NCBI GenBank assembly: GCA_030748775.1
Contig: JASMLH010000001.1
Coordinates: 106,658 to 170,657 of the forward strand
Direction: 5' to 3'
DNA from: Candidatus Thalassarchaeaceae archaeon
GTDB lineage: Archaea; Thermoplasmatota; Poseidoniia; Poseidoniales; Thalassarchaeaceae
DNA: 64,000 nucleotides
How positions within the stretch are numbered: the stretch's first letter is position 1; each line of letters opens with the position of its first letter. Positions 60,859-64,000 of this stretch are shown here, one piece after another. A program made the position numbers and the translations under genes. The notes under the pieces were generated by a model that saw nothing but the letters and a program-made list of their open reading frames with translations, had not been told where the DNA came from and made no database searches.

Positions 60859-62112
60859 CTAAGACTCTAAGATTTCTCTAACCGAGGAAACGAATTCATT
60901 CACCTCATCCATCGTATTGTAGTGCAGGACTCCAGCTCTTAGAACGCCGTCTGGCTCTAAATCCAGAGCTTCGGTTAACTCAAGTGCGTAGAAATTCCCC
61001 GCCCATACGAAAATCCCCCTTTCTGCCAATTCTTGACTTATTTCGGTGGCACTCATCTTCGGGTGCGTGAAGGATACTGTTGGTGCCCTCTCAATAATCC
61101 TCTCTGGCTCGGTAATTCCCCAAATATTGATTCCTTCAATCTCAATGAGTCCTTCCAGCATCTTTAGGCACAATTCACTCTCATGAGCCTCAATCGCTTC
61201 AAACGCCCTCTCTAGAGCATCTCGTCTAGAAAGTCCATATTCGCCACTGCTCTCCCTCCCTATCCAAGCAATGTGCTCGATCGCTGCCATAGTTCCAGAC
61301 ATCCCTTCGTGACTCTGGGTTCCAGTCATCCATCTGAATGGCATTTCCTCACTCGAGACTCTGAGCTTTGCTACGGGTAAATTTGCCATCTTTTCCGCCT
61401 TCCCCCACAGTATCCCCTGGTGCGGTCCGAAGAATTTGTAGGGGGAACACAGAAGATAATCGCATCCAATTTGTTCTACGTCAATTAACGAATGCGGAGC
61501 GTAATGAACCGCGTCTACAACAACCTCTGCTCCGAATTTATGGGATATTTCCACGATTCCCCTGATATCATTCACTGTCCCAGAGAGATTTGATGCTGCT
61601 CCTACTGCCACAAGAACTGTATTCTCCGATATCGAATCAATTACTGAATCCATGTTCAATGTGCAATCTTCTTGATTAATGTCAACTTTCCTAAGTTTTG
61701 CACCGGACCACTCCGCAGCTAGAGTCCAGGGCCTGACGTTTCCATCATGGTCTAACCTAGTTACTACTACTTCGTCTCCTGGCCCCCATGTCCTGCTCAA
61801 GGCACTAGCAAGTTGGATGTTCAGGCTAGTCATGTTCTGTCCGAAAACTATCTCCTTGGGGTCAGAGCATCCAAGAAAGTCTGCACATGCTTGTAGGGAA
61901 TCAGAAATCAATTGATCCGTCTCGACAGAAGTAGCGAATGACATTCCAGTATTGGCATTGTGATTCAATAGGTAGTCCTTCACGGCTTCAGCTACAGAGG
62001 CCGGCACCTGGCTACCTCCCGGACCATCAAAGAAGATAGCTCTCCTGTCGCCAATCATCCTCTCCAAACCGGGAAAAGCCGACCTGATTTGTGATATCGG
62101 GTACTCACTCAA
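60859..62112 (-). CDS. class-V aminotransferase-fold PLP-dependent enzyme (cysteine desulfurase/selenocysteine lyase-like; SufS-type HHCA catalytic Cys motif not seen)
   Basis: PLP-Lys context CSPYKFFGPHQG. About 415 aa. C-terminal LRAGVLHYNT instead of RxGHHCA. Confidence 0.5.
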   Translation of the reverse strand: MSEYPISQIRSAFPGLERMIGDRRAIFFDGPGGSQVPASVAEAVKDYLLNHNANTGMSFATSVETDQLISDSLQACADFLGCSDPKEIVFGQNMTSLNIQLASALSRTWGPGDEVVVTRLDHDGNVRPWTLAAEWSGAKLRKVDINQEDCTLNMDSVIDSISENTVLVAVGAASNLSGTVNDIRGIVEISHKFGAEVVVDAVHYAPHSLIDVEQIGCDYLLCSPYKFFGPHQGILWGKAEKMANLPVAKLRVSSEEMPFRWMTGTQSHEGMSGTMAAIEHIAWIGRESSGEYGLSRRDALERAFEAIEAHESELCLKMLEGLIEIEGINIWGITEPERIIERAPTVSFTHPKMSATEISQELAERGIFVWAGNFYALELTEALDLEPDGVLRAGVLHYNTMDEVNEFVSSVREILES

Positions 62113-62121
62113 CTAATCAAC

Positions 62122-63300
62122 TCATTTTGGGGAAATAGAACGGTTGATCACTATTCTCTGGACTTCCTGAGTCCCTTCGTATATCTGTGTGATTTTTGCG
62201 TCACGGAAGAACCTCTCCACCGGAAAATCCGTAGTGTAACCATATCCCCCAAGAACCTGCACTGCCCTTTCTGAGACCCACATAGCAGTGTCTCCAGCGA
62301 ACAACTTCGCCATACTTGCCTCTTTGGTGTGCCTGGGGGCATTGTCTTCGTAGTGCCTTTGCTTGGCCCAAGCAGCCTTGTATACCATCATCCTTGCAGC
62401 CTCAGTTCTTGTCGCCATATCCGCAAGGTAGTTCCCTATGCTTTGGTGGTGCGCAATCGGTTTTCCAAAGGCCACCCTCTCGTGGGCATACTTCAACGCA
62501 GATTCGTAAGCTCCCTGGGAAATTCCAAGTGCCTGAGCAGCAATTCCGATTCTTGAGTTATCCAAGGCGTTCATTGCAATGGGAAAACCCTCTCCAGGCA
62601 ACTTTAGGACGTTACCAGTTGGAACTTTGCAATCTTCTAGTAGGAGTGAGCAGGTATCGCTTGAACGAATCCCTAGCTTGTCCTCTTTCTTCCCCACTGA
62701 AAAACCGGAAAATCCCTTTTCGACGATGAATGCAGTTGTTCCGCCATGCCTCTTTTGGCCATATTCCGGGTGATCTACATCTTTGGCAAAGAGAACGTAA
62801 ATATCCGCACTTTCTCCATTTGTCACCCACATCTTCTCCCCATTCAGGATGTAATGAGAACCATCCTTGCTAATCTTGGCTTTGCATCCAAGAGAAGCCG
62901 CATCGGTCCCAGCACCGGCTTCTGAGAGGGAATATGCCCCAATCTCATTACCAGCCAATCGAGGTAGGTACTCCTCTTTCTGCTCGTCATTTCCATGCAG
63001 TGCAATAGTCTTGGAACACAAGCCCACATGAACACAGAACATCACTGAAAAAGAAGGATCCACTCTGGCTAACTCTTCAACAATTATCGCCTCCGTAATG
63101 TCATCAACTGGGCTTCCTCCGTACTTCTCAGGAATTGTTATTCCCTGCAAACCTGTGTTCTCGCAGAATGAAGCCCACTCGTCTAGTGGGGCCTTCTGAT
63201 CCCGGTCCCGCTCGAGGCACGTCGGCGCCAGCTCTTCTTCAGCGAATCCTCTGACCATCTCCCTGATCATTCCCTGTTCTTCGGTCTCTGCGAACTCCAT
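62122..63300 (-). CDS. acyl-CoA dehydrogenase (short/medium-chain type)
   Basis: YSLSEAGAGTDAAS, WVTNG, C-terminal QVLGGYGY…IYEGTQEVQR motifs. Confidence 0.8.
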   Translation of the reverse strand: MEFAETEEQGMIREMVRGFAEEELAPTCLERDRDQKAPLDEWASFCENTGLQGITIPEKYGGSPVDDITEAIIVEELARVDPSFSVMFCVHVGLCSKTIALHGNDEQKEEYLPRLAGNEIGAYSLSEAGAGTDAASLGCKAKISKDGSHYILNGEKMWVTNGESADIYVLFAKDVDHPEYGQKRHGGTTAFIVEKGFSGFSVGKKEDKLGIRSSDTCSLLLEDCKVPTGNVLKLPGEGFPIAMNALDNSRIGIAAQALGISQGAYESALKYAHERVAFGKPIAHHQSIGNYLADMATRTEAARMMVYKAAWAKQRHYEDNAPRHTKEASMAKLFAGDTAMWVSERAVQVLGGYGYTTDFPVERFFRDAKITQIYEGTQEVQRIVINRSISPK

Positions 63301-63338
63301 TATACCGATTCTGCGAGAGAGCAGAACCTGTTAATCTA

Positions 63339-63920
63339 TTGTGGTCTGAATCCGTCCTTCCAATCGAATACTTCAAATTTGAAACTACCCGGCGGCCGGT
63401 CGGTATCAAAATGAATGCGGGCGAATTTTTCGAATTCAGCATTGCTCACGACAGGAAATACACCCTTGACCACCTTTGGGTTCAATTGCTTGATGACGGC
63501 AAAAAGAAAGATGAAGAGGAGATGACGGTGAAGATTGGAATTAGCGAGTTCATACGGGCCGAATACGGCGACATTGTGAAGGTAGTGCTTTCTAAGCCAG
63601 AGGATGACAGCGAGTTCCAAGTAGAGCCCAGCGAAGAGGGCAACGACGACGACGCAATATCCGCCCCTCTTTCCAGAGGGGACGAGCTCGGGATAGATGA
63701 TTTGATGATCACCGTCCGGACAGTTGAGGACAGAGTGCTGATCAATGCTCCCTTCCCGTGCAAGATTGTCGAGCTGAATGGTGAGGTGGAGGACAATCCA
63801 GATCTCGTGAATGAGGAAGCATATGGGGATGGATGGTGCATGATTGTTAAGCCGCACGAATGGGACGAAGACATGCATTTGGACGAGGAAGAGTACATAG
63901 AATACCTGAATGAGATATAA
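63339..63920 (+). CDS. glycine-cleavage H-protein-like protein with large acidic insertion and no lipoyl-lysine
   Basis: YTLDHLWV, GDIVKVVL and APFPCKIVELNGEVEDNPDLVNEEAYGDGWCMIVK align with GcvH. The segment that should carry the lipoyl-Lys contains no Lys. Likely start at M25 (63411). Confidence 0.45.
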   Translation: MWSESVLPIEYFKFETTRRPVGIKMNAGEFFEFSIAHDRKYTLDHLWVQLLDDGKKKDEEEMTVKIGISEFIRAEYGDIVKVVLSKPEDDSEFQVEPSEEGNDDDAISAPLSRGDELGIDDLMITVRTVEDRVLINAPFPCKIVELNGEVEDNPDLVNEEAYGDGWCMIVKPHEWDEDMHLDEEEYIEYLNEI

Positions 63921-64000
63921 TCAGGGCCATGAGAGGCTCTTCCATTTCTCCGGATCTTCTCCACTCCAGTCGATTTCCTTCAAGAGTTCTAAAATCTGTT

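Overview
Almost all of this 64-kb window is coding, and it is clearly archaeal. It carries the typical archaeal translation gene arrays: aIF2-gamma next to rps6e, and rpl44e, rps27e, aIF2-alpha, nop10 and PAC2 in a row, plus rpl10e, rpl37e and archaeal-type Dph2 and Nmd3. It also carries orc1/cdc6, Csl4 and a bacterial-type gyrB-gyrA pair. Many proteins have very acidic tails. Other content includes giant PKD and S8-protease surface proteins, beta-oxidation genes (ETF and acyl-CoA dehydrogenases) and a bacterial-type HMG-CoA synthase. By inference only, this suggests a marine Thermoplasmatota (Poseidoniales-like) genome. I call about 60 protein genes and one tRNA-Ser(GCU), and I see no rRNA, CRISPR array or obvious mobile element. 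Housekeeping content includes sufCBD with a divergent nfu, aroA, aroD, purF, tyrS, pgi/pmi, tmk and apt-like genes. The observations I rank most worth a second look are:
- a rhomboid protease, a 1647-aa membrane-anchored subtilase and Maf in one operon, where the rhomboid and the subtilase each end in a cytoplasmic zinc ribbon;
- a divergently transcribed ccmA/ccmB-fusion, ccmC and ccmD-like heme-export module with no ccmE/F/H in the window;
- a Csl4 exosome cap subunit fused to a second zinc ribbon and a canonical RRM;
- a thymidylate kinase with a roughly 240-aa uncharacterised C-terminal domain;
- tandem acidic, Lys/Ala-repeat TPR paralogs;
- a surface locus of a giant PKD protein, a membrane-anchored glutaminyl cyclase and a CarboxypepD_reg protein;
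- a frameshifted surface protein whose transmembrane anchor lies in another frame;
- a GcvH-like protein lacking the lipoyl-lysine;
- a zinc-less L44e;
- a perfect 12-bp palindrome in the gyrB/aroD divergent promoter region.
All product names come from motif recognition by eye. No database search was run.
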